The notes under the pieces: generated by a model
What the model was told of the DNA's origin: nothing
Database searches by the model: none
What the model saw: only the letters and a program-made list of their open reading frames with translations
Assembly (NCBI RefSeq): GCF_009914755.1
Contig: NC_060930.1
Direction: 5' to 3' (one strand)
Length of the DNA: 64,000 nucleotides
Origin: the human T2T-CHM13v2.0 reference genome, Homo sapiens
Program-made: the position numbers and the translations under genes
Shown: positions 1 to 15,547 of the stretch, piece after piece
Layout of the letters: each line of letters opens with the position of its first letter
Numbering within the stretch: position 1 is the stretch's first letter

Positions 1-1555
1 AAGGGCCTAGGATAAGGCCTAGGACTTAGTAGGCATATAATAAATGATAGCTATTAATGTTGTTAATATTTCTTGTCCAAGTCATGTGTAAATCTTTCAT
101 AATAATGCTAATCTGTCACTCATAATTTCAATGTGCAAATAATATACCTATATCTTATAATTTAAATGTGTTATCCTAAAATTTTTAAAAATATAGTTGT
201 AAAACACATATACTATTTGGTGAAATACAAAGATAATTGTTACATTTTAAATGTCATTATTTTGTAGACTAGCATTCAGTATTCATTGTGTTTTTGTAGA
301 AAGAAGGGGAAATTATTTTCAAGGAAGTTAATTATTCTTTCTTTAAAAAATGTGTATACTTTTAACTTTTTACAGGTGAAATACAGGGTGCAGTTAAATG
401 TACCTAGACAATTAATGACTGAAAAAATGAGCAAAATATTTTTAAATAAAGAAAATTTGTTTAATTGATAGAGGAATATTTTTAAAGTGAAGCTGTAAAG
501 TTTTATTTATATTTATTCCTACTTAAAATATCTTAAAAGATTGATTTCCTTAGTGTTATATTCTCCGTTAAGTATATTTAATTTTAAAAGATCAAATTTT
601 AGCATTATCCATTTACTCATAAAAGATTGGTTTATATATAACTTATAATCAAGAAATGCTTGAGAGAAAATGATATTCTATATTTTATTACACATTTAGA
701 CTATGTGACTAGAAAAAAATATGTGCATTTCGGCTGATAACTTCAAATTAACTCCTGATATTGTATAGTAAATTTTAAAATAATGAATTTTAGAAGCTAA
801 AATTTTATTTCCCTACAGCCTTTTAAAACATCAGATTTTAAGACATATGAACTTAAAATAGTAATTACATCATACTATTGGAAAGATCTAAGTGTAATGA
901 ATATGACCATGGTTTTATATTTTAGTGGAAGAAGTTGCATACTGTTAAATCTCTGAATCTCTACATTAAAAAATATCACTAAGTAGTATTTTGAACATCA
1001 TGGGTCAAATATATTAAAATAAACCAATTGAATAATGTTTTTTCATTACATCTATTTGAAGTTCTCAAAAACCTTAAATTTTATATACCAGAATACATTT
1101 AAAAAGTAAAGCCTGAGTAGTTTTGAGGAATAATCTGAGATCAAAAGTAGAATTTTGTCTTGGGGCTTCATGTCCATGTTGGGAATATAAATGTTATATT
1201 GCAGTTTATAAGATATAGAACATGATCAAAGTTATTTTCCTGCTCTCCAAGGGAATGATGGCCTTGAGCATAAGGCCAAACACATCCTGCATAAAGGAAA
1301 CTTTTGAGTGAATGTTTGTTGAGTGAATATTGAATATGTTTGTACCTAATTGACTGTGAGTAGATGTTATTTTACTATATAAAAAATGAATTGAGTCAAT
1401 TTGGAACTTTTAGTTAACAATTATAGAAATTAAGATAATCTTTTGCTTGTGTTTATGTTTCCAAAATCAATATTCATATTCTGACAGGCTAGGTAAATTC
1501 TACATTATCCCTTTGGTTTTTGTAGCTATCTGATTTTTAAAGCCCTTTAAAAAAC

Positions 1556-1556
<1 letters not shown>

Positions 1557-1598
<42 letters not shown>

Positions 1599-1654
1599 CA
1601 TACATACATACATACATACATATACATACATACATACATACATACATACATACA
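1557..1654. repeat. Compound tetranucleotide STR (TAGA)n(TACA)n
   Basis: About 10 TAGA units followed by about 14 TACA units with one TA interruption, read directly. Confidence 0.97.
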
Positions 1655-1894
1655 TGTATAGAGAGAGATAGGTAGATTTAATTGGTGTATTTTAGACCCT
1701 TGCTACCTTTGAAAAGACTTCTCTCTGAAGGATGAGGTCAGAATATATTTGCTAAAGAACCTGTGTGAAAAGTATTCTCAGAGATTATGCTTTGGGAATC
1801 TCAGTTCAAAATGGATGGGAAAAGGGTATAATAACCCACTTAAGATATTGTGTGTGAGCTTAAGGCTATTTTCTAGATATTGTATCCATGACTG

Positions 1895-2264
1895 TGATAT
1901 GTTTTGGCTGTGTCCCCACCCAAATCTCATCTTGAATTGTGTTCCCATAATTCCACATGTCGTGGGAGGGACCCAGTAGGAGGTAATTTAATCATAGGGG
2001 GAGTTACTCTCATGCTGTTCTTGTGATAGTGAGTTCTCATGAGATCTCATGGTTTTATAAGGGGCTTTCCCCACTTTTGCTTGGCATTTCTCTTTGCTGC
2101 TGCCGTGTGAAGAAGGACATGTTTGCTTCCCCTTTCACCATAATTGTAAGTTTCCTGAGGCCTTCCCAGCCATGATGAACTGTGAGTGAATTAAACCTCT
2201 TTCCTTTATAAATTACCCAGTCTCAGGTATGTTTTTATTAGCAGCATTAAAATGGACTAATGAA
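1895..2264 (+). mobile_element. THE1C-like solo LTR (ERVL-MaLR)
   Basis: Starts TGATATGTTTTGGCTGTGTCCCCACCCAAATCTCATCTTGAATTGT and ends ...GGACTAATGAA. Internal GTGAAGAAGGACATGTTTGCTTCCCC is THE1C-type. Perfect 5-bp TSD GACTG at 1890-1894 and 2265-2269. Confidence 0.93.
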
Positions 2265-2292
2265 GACTGAAATGTCTTTTCTTTGAATAATA

Positions 2293-4686
<2,394 letters not shown>

Positions 4687-4687
<1 letters not shown>

Positions 4688-5768
4688 ACCTCTGGGGTCA
4701 GGGCATAGCCGAACAAAAGGCAGCAGCAACATTTGCAGACTTAAATATGTCCCTGTCTGACAGCTTTGAAGAGAGTAGTGGTTGTCCCAGCACTGAGCTG
4801 AAAAACATGGCACGAGAAATACGTGACTAATGCACAAGCTTCAGTAGCCGATTTGATCAACTGGAATAAGGGGTATCAGTGATTGAAGATCAAATGAATG
4901 AAATGAAGCGAGAAGAGAAGTTTAGAGAAAAAAGAGTAAAAAAGAAACAAACAAAGCCTCCAAGAAATATGGACTATGTGAAAAGACCAAATGTATGTCT
5001 GATTGGTGTACCTGAAAGTGACAGGAGAATGGAACCAAGTTGGAAAACACTCTGCAGGATATTATCCAGGAGAACTTCCCCAACCTAGCAAGGCAGGCCA
5101 ACATTCAAATTCAGGAAATACATAGAATGCCACAAAGATACTCCTCGAGAAGAACAACTCCAAGACACATAATTGTCAGATTCACCAAAGTTGAAACGAA
5201 GGAAAAAATGTTAAGGGCAGCCAGAGAGAAAGGTCGGGTTACCCACAAAGAGAAGCCCATCAGACTAACAGCGGATCTCTCGGCAGAAACTCTACAAGCC
5301 AAAAGAGTGTGAGGGCCAATATTCAACCTTCTTAAAGAAAAGAATTTTCAACCTAGAATTTCATATCCAGCCAAACTAAGCTTCATAAGTGAATGGGAAA
5401 TAAAATTCTTTACAGACAAGCAAATGTTGAGAGACTTTGTCACCACCAGGCCTGCCCTACAAGAGCTCTTGAAGGAAGCACTAAACATGGAAAGGAACAA
5501 CCAGTACCAGCCGCTGCAAAAACATGCCAAACTGTAAAGACCATCGATGCTAGGAAGAAACTGCATCAACTAACGAGCAAAATAACCAGCTAACGTCATA
5601 ATGACAGGATCAAATTCACACATAACGATATTAACCTTAAATGTAAATGGGCTAAATGCTCCAATTAAAAGACACAGACTGGCAAATTGGATAAAGAGTC
5701 AAGACCCATCAGTGTGCTGTATTCAGGAGACCCACCTCACGTGCAGAGACACACATAGGCTCAAAATA
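4687..5768 (+). mobile_element. Inverted 5' segment of the same L1PA: 5'UTR piece, ORF1 remnant, start of ORF2
   Basis: CACCTCTGGGGTCAGGGCATAGCC... (5'UTR), then ORF1 peptides (IEDQMNEMKREEKFREKR; ENTLQDIIQENFPNLARQ), ORF1 stop at ~5537, and ORF2 ATG at 5601 (MTGSNSHITILTLNVNGLNAPIKRHRL, endonuclease N-terminus), ending at ~5768. Confidence 0.95.
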
Positions 5769-5886
5769 TTGTTTTCTTCTGGCTAAATAGATTGTTTTTC
5801 TCCTTCCTCTATAAGCACTCAGACAATCAAGAGAAAGGAAACATTTCTCAATCTCTCAGATAGTTTAGGTTACTTTTATGCCCTAA

Positions 5887-6223
<337 letters not shown>

Positions 6224-6343
6224 TGGTAAGACACTTTCTATTGATCCTGTATTAAAGAAAATAAACACCTGTGTACTTCATTTATCTTTTGTATTTTTCA
6301 TTTAGTTCGTGCATTCTCATGATTTTTCACTATTCGGTTTATT

Positions 6344-6775
6344 GTTTCTTTTTAAAATTTTTATTTTAGGTTCAAGGTTATATGTTCAGGCTTTTTATAT
6401 AGATAAACTGTGTGTGACAAGGGTTTGGTGTGCAGATAATTATGTCACCCGAGTAATAAGCATAATACTTGAAAGGTATTTTTTCGTATCCTCTCCCTCC
6501 TCCCACCCTTCACCCTCAAGTAGACTCCAGTGTCTGTTGTTATCCTCATTGTGTCCATGTGTTCTTGTTGGTTAGCTCTCACTTCCACATAAGAACATGC
6601 AGTATTTGATTTTGTATTCCTTAGTTTGCTTAGGATAATGCCTTCCAGGTCTACCCATGTTCCTGCAAGGGACATGATCTTGTTTTTTTTTAATGGCTAA
6701 ATAGTATTCCATGGTGTATATGTATCACATTTTCTTTATCCAGTCTACTGTTGATGGGCATTTTGGTTGATTCCA
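6344..6775 (-). mobile_element. Old L1PA (L1PA15/16-like) 5'-truncated 3' end
   Basis: Reverse L1 3'UTR (CTCTCCCTCCTCCCACCCTTCACCCTCAAGTAG...TAGTATTCCATGGTGTATATGT). Degraded TSD CACTATTCGGTTTATT / CACTCTTCAATTTATT. Confidence 0.85.
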
Positions 6776-6853
6776 CTCTTCAATTTATTATCCTGTTCTC
6801 CCTCCTCTCTGTTAGGGAAGTTGGGTCCTGGCAGATAAAATCAAGAGTAATAT

Positions 6854-7134
6854 GGCTGGGCATAGTGGCTCATGCCTCTAATCCCAGTGCTTTGGGAAGT
6901 TCAGGCTGGAAGACCGCATGGGGCCAGGACTTTGAGACTAGCCTGGGCAACACAATGAGAACCTGTCTCTACAAAAAATTAAAAACATTAGCTGGGCATG
7001 GTGGTGTTCACCTGTTCCAGCTACTCAGGGGATAGAGGCAAGAGAATTGCTTCAGCCCAAGAGGTTGAGCCATGATCATGTTACTGTACTCCAGCCTAGG
7101 CAACAAAGCAAAATCCTATCAAAAAAAAATAAAA
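6854..7134 (+). mobile_element. AluJ (diverged, small internal deletions)
   Basis: GGCTGGGCATAGTGGCTCATGCC...GCCTGGGCAACAC...A-tail, with AluJ-type diagnostics. Confidence 0.9.
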
Positions 7135-8496
7135 TGAGAGAGAGAGAATAATCTGAATAATCTGCTTTTTCTTCTTGGCACTTGATTATTATTCAGAGCT
7201 CTAGTGTATGGGAAATAATCGGTTATCTGATAAGGTTTATAAATTGAAACTTAAATTTTTAAAAATGGGTTTATGTAGTAGATAAACAGATCTGACACCA
7301 TCTATTAACTAATGGCCGTATTTATGAATCAATTAAGTTAAACATAACCAGCAGTGTGTGGTACAGGTGCTAATTCCTTCCTTTTAACTCTCCTTATACA
7401 ATGAATTATGCTTGGATTTCTCAGTAGACTTCTTCTAGCCATTTTCTCACATGTAGTGGAGGAAGTGTACGGATGACTTTTTTTCTGTGTTCCATTTTTA
7501 GCAATTCAAGGCCTTTGCTGCTTTCATTGCTAGATCTTCACCTTTTTTCACTTTTCCCTGCACAGTTTCTCCTTCTGGCAGTGGCACACTAAAAGTTCTG
7601 CTCTCCATCACTTTCTCTCTCAGAGACTACTGTTTCTGGGCTCCTTTTGTGTCTTTTGCTTTCCTTGTGGTTGCTGCATGCTCCTGCTCTGTGTTTCCCA
7701 TTTCTCTATTCCAGCTTGTGTGCTCTGCGGCTGACCGTATTTTAAGGAGGCTTATTTACTTAAAGATCCCACCACGCCCAACCAGTCACCGAGGCCACGG
7801 AGTTTGCTAGTTGCATTTTTCATACCCTCTGCCTGATTGGGCCATTTTATTTTCTTTTGAATGTTGCCATTAACCACTATTTTGAAAGGAAGAGGCTGAC
7901 TTTCCAGGATAGTGTCACCATTAAGATAGAAATGAAATTTTATTTTTTCTAGGATGATGTCATTTTTCTCCCCTTAATAAGACTAGATGACACCCCAAGC
8001 CCCTAGATGTAGTCAAAGGGAATATTTGTTCCTAAGGTTATAGGAGCTGACCAAAGAGCCTTTATTTAAGCTCTGTGGATAAGAGGGCAGTAATGTGACT
8101 TGCTGTGCACCCCCAGTTAGCAACTGTCTAGTATAAAATCCAAGATTTTTTAGGCACTAAAAATTTCAGCATCTGGTGGTGCTACATGTGGCTGCTATAA
8201 ACTTGATTAATGGATACTGCAGTATGAGTGCTTGCTTTATGCTTTAGTGTCCTTCCCCAGAATGGTTGTCATATCAAGCAACAGTTCCCTAACCTTCCAA
8301 TTATGACAAATTCTTATTTTATGAAAAATTTTCCATTCCAATGTAGCATTTCTCTCCTTTTTCTTTTTTTTGAATATATTCCTCACTTTTTCATTTTTTC
8401 ATATAAGTAAAACAAATAAAAAATATACAAACAAACAAGTGATTTTGGGGAATAAAATTGCCTTTAACTTCCACATAAATATATCCTCCAAAAAAA

Positions 8497-9345
8497 TTCA
8501 TTCAATAAATATTGACTGTCCCTTACTTGCCAAATATTATTCCTAATATAAGATAAAAAATATTGATAAGATTTCAGTATTTTGGTAATAATGATAATGT
8601 CTTAGATGAAGTGAGATAGACAACACACAAGAAAATAAATGCATTAATAAGATACCATGGTGATGGAATGAGACAATGGCATAAGGGTAATGGAGGAGTG
8701 CTAATTTAGATTCAGTAGTCAGGGAATATTCACTGCAGAGATATTAGAGCTGACATCCAAATGACAAAAATCAGGCCTAAGAAAGGCCTGGTGGCACGAG
8801 GTTCAGTGCAAAGACCCAACGGTGAGAATGAGCTTGGAGAGTTTAAGGAACATAAAGAAGGCCAGAGTGTCTAGAGCGGTTTGGGAGTTGTGTGGGGTAT
8901 GAGAGAGCCAGAAACTTGACGGATAACTTAGATAATGGTCGAGTTTGGATTTCATTCCAAATGGTAAAGAAAAGCATTGAGGGGTTTAGGAAGGGGAGTA
9001 ACAAAAACTGATTTAGGTTTTAAAAAGAATATTCTGAATGCTATAGGAACTATGGACTGCAGAGGTTAGGATTTTGATTGGAAATAAAAATGGCTATTAG
9101 GAATTTACTATAGCCATGTAATGAGGGACAATGGAAATTTGAACTATAGAAGTAGCAATGGAAATGAGAACTGGACAGATTCTGGACACGTTTTCGGGAT
9201 AGAGACAACAGATTTTGTTCATTGGTTGTCTATGGGGCACAGTAATGGGTAGTGAAGGAAGAGAAACATCAGGTATGATTCCTAGAATTTTGGCTTAACC
9301 CACTAGGTGGAGAATAGTACTGTTTCCTCAGATAGGGAAGCATAG
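8497..9345 (-). mobile_element. L2 relic
   Basis: TTCATTCAATAAATATTGA (reverse L2 3' end) followed by typical purine-rich L2 body. Confidence 0.75.
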
Positions 9346-9349
9346 GTAA

Positions 9350-9678
<329 letters not shown>

Positions 9679-9923
9679 AGTAAGAACTACTATTAATAAA
9701 ATAAGTTTTGGATATTCAAGTTTAGCGTTCAATAGCAAAGCCTGTGATACACATATAAAATTGGAAATTAATGGCATATAAAGGATATTTAATGCTTAAA
9801 TTGTTAAAAGGGGAGGGAATTAGGCATTAACAGAGATTATGCTAAGCAAGGAACATACTTCTAGCCTCAAGCCTGCTAAGAATTATCTTTTACTAAAATC
9901 AGTTTAAAAATAATTCATTTCGA

Positions 9924-10845
9924 AATCATACAATAGGTATATCTTCAACTTTTTAAGGAACTGTCAAGCTGTTTTCCAAAGAGGGTATACCATTTTACAC
10001 TCCTACTGGTAGTTTATGGGAGCTTCTAATTTCTCTACATCCTTGCCAAGACTTGGTATAGCCTTTTATATTAGTTTTAGCCATTTCAATAGGTGGGATC
10101 ACATTGTGCTTTAAATTTACTTTTCCCTAATGACTAATGATTTTGACTATCTTCCTATATGTCCTTATATACTACCTGTATGTCTTCTTTGGTAATGTCT
10201 TCAAATCTTTTACCTATTTATAATAGTTTTTTTGTTTCCTTATTACTGGATTTTGAGAGTTCTTTATATGTTCTGGATAAAAGTCTTTTATCAAATATAT
10301 GCTTAGCAAATATTTTCTCTCAATCTGCGTCTTTTTGTTCTCTCAACAATATTAAGAGAAAAGATGCTATGTTTATAGCAGCTTTCTTTGTAATAACTCA
10401 TACTGGAAACAACACAAATGTCCATCAGCTGGTGAACATGTTTTTAAAAAGTGTGATATTTTCTTACAATGGAACACTAACTCAGCATTGACAAAAACTG
10501 AACTATAGATATATGCAAATACCATGGACTAATTTCAAAATATTAATCATTGTTTTGAATGAAAGAAGTCAGACAAAAAAAGACACACCGTATGATTTCA
10601 CTTATATAAAGTTATAGAAAGTACAGACTAATCTACAGTGACAGAAATACATCAGTAGGGAAGAGAGAAATATGAGGGAGGGATAACAAAGGAGCACAAG
10701 AAAACTTTCAGGTGTGATGAATGCACTCATTATTTTGATTATGGTGGTAGTTTCAAGGGTGTATGCATATGTAAAGTCTTATGAAATTCTACACTTCAAA
10801 TGTGTTGTTTGTTGTATGCCAATCATACCTTAGTAAAAAAAATAA
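9924..10845 (+). mobile_element. Ancient L1M (L1MD/ME-like) 3' end with 5' inversion
   Basis: 9924-~10350 matches L1 late ORF2 on the minus strand. ~10368-10845 matches the adjacent downstream L1M 3' end on the plus strand and ends in an A-rich tail. Confidence 0.8.
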
Positions 10846-11660
10846 GAGAATAGAAAATATTTTAAATTTCTAATTTTAGTAGATACTATCACTGGCACTA
10901 TTGAAATAATCTAAAATACTTAAGATAGTATATATCTAACTAGTTATTTCTACAAAAATAACTTAATTGTGCTGGTATTGGGGGATCAAGTATTTTAAGG
11001 TTTTTTTTTTTCAATTTATGGTTATGTTACCAGGGTTTCCCTATACACCGCCATACATTCCCATGTATGAAATATTGAACAATATGATAATAGAAGTCTT
11101 CTATAGAATGTAGTTTCTACACTGATCTATTTAATTGCTTACTAAAAATTCCATAAAAGAAAAATAGTTAATAGAAGGGGCAGGATATAAAGGAAGAGAC
11201 TACTTCATAGTATCTAAATGAATAAGAGATGTCTCTTGATCTTAAGAATCTAAATATAAAAGATGAAAGACAAGAGGACATTAACATTTATTCCCTTTTT
11301 ATTCTGTCTGCCAGGAAGCTCGGAACCAGATTTTAAGTTCAGTCACAGCATATTTATTACTATGATGATGATGTTTAAATTTCCATATTGTCCTCAGGCA
11401 TTTTTTTTTTTGCTACTTATATTCTTTGTTTTTATATAAGAAAGAGAAAATCTACCAAAAATAAAGTGAAAAATCTTTTAAGTGTCCCAATAGATAAACA
11501 AAACCCCATTTATAAAAGAAAGAATTAAATGAGTTCTTATGGAAATTTCACTAAATGAATTTATTGTATAGATTTACCTTGATTCCTTAAGATAAATCCT
11601 TGTAGCTTGGTAAATTGATATAGTTGCTAACTTATTTAATGATCGCTGGTAAAGTATATG

Positions 11661-11799
11661 ACTTATTACCAAACAGATAAAGATAAAAAATATAAATTTC
11701 ACCAAGACATATTAAATACCTACTGGTAACACTTATTACCAAACAGATAAAGATAAAAAATATAAATTTCACCAAGGCATATTAAATACCTACTGGTAA
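11661..11799. repeat. 70-bp direct tandem duplication
   Basis: ACTTATTACCAAACAGATAAAG...CCTACTGGTAA starts at 11661 and again at 11731, with one internal mismatch (11707 A / 11777 G). Confidence 0.97.
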
Positions 11800-14700
11800 G
11801 AATTGCAAATGTTCATTTTGTCTATTTTATACCTAAGAAATTGAAGATGAGTGCTTATCCTATACCAAACTAAATAGGTTGAACCACTTATAATTGTGAT
11901 ATTCAACCATTTTTGGACTACAAAAACAGTGATTTCATGTGGTTCAGCCTAATATTAATTAGTGGCGAGCCCAGGTCTCCTGATTTTCAAGTCTGTAATA
12001 TTTCATCAAACCATGCTAGTATTTCACAGATTTCCTCATTATTAAAGTCAGAGGATCCACTAATGAATTCTGGCCTTGGGACCCTGAGGTTTCCTATTGT
12101 GGCTGACAGCAAAAGAACCACAACAATTAAGCACATTGTTTTTGGGTAACTGCCTGAGCAGCTGTAGTAAAATAAATTTCAGTAGAATGTATTTTTGAAA
12201 GTTTCTGACTAGACATAAATAAATAGTAATATTGAAACTGTTTACTGTCTTTCAAAATGCTGTCATTAACTCATAATTTAAAGCACCCCAATATTTGAAA
12301 GACAGATGTATAAATGTTTATAGATAGAATATAAGAATGTATCCAATTCAACATCACTATACTAGTAGCCTTTACATGCAGCCTCAGTACACATAACAAA
12401 GTCAAGTATATACATGTTCTTCTCCATTCAGGGGAGGGGGCAATGTTATTGCACAAATTCAAGTTAAATTGACTGTGCATATCTTACAGTGGACAGAGAC
12501 TGAGTGACCTTCTCTCCTCAGGTGATGAAACCCATATAATTTTACTTTAGCCTCTGATAATAGGAGTTATCTTTTCTTCATATTAGCAGTATTGTTTATT
12601 TTATTCAGTGGATGTTGCAAATTTAGCGTCTTTTAAACATACATATCAACCACAATAAAATAGTCTCTTGTATTCAAGTATGATTCTTTTCTATGTGGGA
12701 CCCCAACTGAGTGGTGAATCCCCATTAAAAATGTCCTTCTAAATGACTATAATGACAGGGGAGTTGAATAGTCAGTGAAATTTTCTATTATTTTATTTTA
12801 TGTGTATTTTCATTAATAATTTATTGATATAAAAGATAAGAATGTTTTACCTCCACAAATTTGTATCTGTAATTTGTTCTCAGAACACAGACATATTGAA
12901 GATGCCACTCGGCAGTACTGATTGAATATTTATTTAAACAAATATCAGTATAACCCAACTAGCTGGAAAATCCATGAGTTTGGTTTTGATAGCAGAGCAT
13001 TTCTCAACAATTTATGTGTGCATGCAAATTTTGTGCTTTGGATATAGGCTAAAGTATTTGCTTTATATGTATTATTTTGTTTGAATACAAGAAAGCTGGT
13101 TTGATTTGTATGTTTCCCCCTTATAGAATTGTTCCAAGGCTCTGTCAGAGATCACGTAGAGTAATTTTTCCCATCAATCTTTGCTGTGCAGCCATGCACG
13201 AATGCAGTAGGAAAAAGGGGGCAGAAATCAAATCACTTAATTGCAGCATTTTTCATCTACATCTTTTGTTTTATGGTGGTAAAGGCCCCGGAGTAGCCTA
13301 CCATGATTCATGGCTGTCACTGCTGCCGTTAGCAGTTCAATCCTTCATTCTAGGCATTTTGGTACTGAAAGTACCTACACAATTACTTTGATGAATATGA
13401 CTTGTTTGTTTTTTCCCCATTTTTAGCAGAGAGTGGCTGTGCTTAATACAGACATTTAAATAAGATAGTATTCACGCCTACTGCATCTGCGCTGTATTTC
13501 AAAAGTTGTGTGTCGAGTTTAACGATAATATTGCCATTGTCACCCAGGTACTTAAGTTTGCTGGGCTTACGGGCTTTTACCTCCCATTTTTATGTTTATA
13601 TAATGGAAAAGCCTTAAAATAACCCCCTCTCCATATAAAAGGATTAACTCACCTTTAAAGATCTATGAGGCTGTGACAGATTCTCACCAAATCTCATTTA
13701 AAAAAAAAAACTCATTTCATGAGTGTGGCATTACAAAGCCAGCAAACTAGTCTGCCTCTGCATTTATGCCTAGTTGATCGTAAAATAATAACATTTTTGG
13801 AAATATATGCATGCATCTTAGAAAGTGACTTACAGTATTTGCATATTTGGAGAAAATGTCAGTGATGTCAGCAGGGGTTCTGAGAGTAGCTAAATGAGCA
13901 AGCTTTTCAAAAATTGCTGTTTTATCAACTCTGCACTGTCAGCACAAAATGCAACCTCTCTAAGAAAGAGACAAGAAAAAGGCAAGTGATTTAATTTCTT
14001 CATTAGCTTACTTGCAACTGAATTACTGGTACACCTAGCAGCAGAGAGCTGTGTGCTATAAGCTTGAGGAAAACCATTTAACACCCCTTTCTGCCCTCAC
14101 GACAAAATGTGTTGAAGTGTTGAGACTCCACCCCCTTCTCCAAAAATGAAAGGAAATTAAAGTTCTCCAGATACTGAAGAAATGGCAATTTGTCACCACT
14201 TTCTCTACTCTGGTACTGTGGTTGAAACTCACATTTTTTATTTGATGATCTTTCTAGTTCATTCTTTTCATTTCTTTGTTTACTTTTGGTGGCAAACTCT
14301 AAATATATGATTTGCATAATACTTTGTGCTTAATAAACATGTATACAGCTTAGGGATAGAACATGTTTATTATTTCCCAGCAATGGTAACAGTGCTCATT
14401 GTATTAGTCAAACCAAATTAGTAAAACTGTTCACTAGATATTTGAAAAAAAAAAAAAACAACAGTTCATATGTAACAATGGATAAACCTTAGAACTAAAA
14501 CATCCAAATATATCCTTAAAATGATGACAATTAAAATTAACCTGATTTCAAACCTCGAGTGCAATTATATTTTAAATTTACTAAATATGTACTCAGAGTG
14601 TGTTTACAACTTGTTTCTTTGTCATGTCATAACATGGCCTACCTAAATTTCAAACCAAGGAAAGATAAAGATATTCTTCTCTTCAATAACGTTCATATAG

Positions 14701-15547
14701 AAAAGTTATGGAGTGCAAGAATTTTAATTTGTTCTATAAAGATTTATCTTTGGGGGCTCTTTTAATATCTATTAAAATGTTTCAACTTTAGGTCAAATGT
14801 TTCACATTTCATGATAATTTATCTCTGTGAAAAGTGAATATTTAGATGTTATACTCTTTAGAAATGAAATAAAAATATTTAAACTAAAATATTACATTAT
14901 TTAAAAAATTAATCATGAAAACAGCAAATTGCTTGTTAGAGTATTACAATGAACTTGTGTCCTAAACTTGGAGTTTAATTACTGATCAGTTAGGGATGCA
15001 AGGATGCCAAGTGATTTTAGTGGAGATGGATAGCTTACATTTTAATAGTAATTTAATAGCCAATATTTAAATTTTTTCCTGATAAGTATAAAGTCCCAAA
15101 AATGAATATGTTAAGTATACTCCTTAGAAATAGGTAAAGTGCTACTCTGCTCATAACTTCCTTCACAGAGAGCAAACCATCTGATCTTATGTTCTAGCCA
15201 TAAAAGTAACTGAAAACAGTCTTCTTGAAAGAAATTTGGATTATAATATATAAGGACTTAAGCATGAACAAAAACACAACTCTAATTTCTAAAATTCCGG
15301 ATGATACTTGCAATAAAATTGTAAAGACTGAAGGAGGGGTCAAAGAGAGAACAATTCATTGACTTCTCTGCTGGACAAGTCAGAGATGCACAGGTAAAGA
15401 GTGAAATTGTTTCCAGGTTAGATTCAGCGCACTCTGTTCCTAAGTCTTGACGAAGGGGTTGTGCCACCAGACCCCTTATTTGAGCCTTCCCCAAAGCAAG
15501 TGCTCAGAAATAAATAGCAAGGTCAAATTAAGTTCTTGGATGGTAGT

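Noticed and set aside
357-468. Good-looking plus-strand splice acceptor (TTTTAACTTTTTACAG/G at 375-376) with downstream AATAAA
   Set aside because: Neither open frame resembles a protein I recognise, and such acceptors are frequent in T-rich DNA. Needs transcript evidence.
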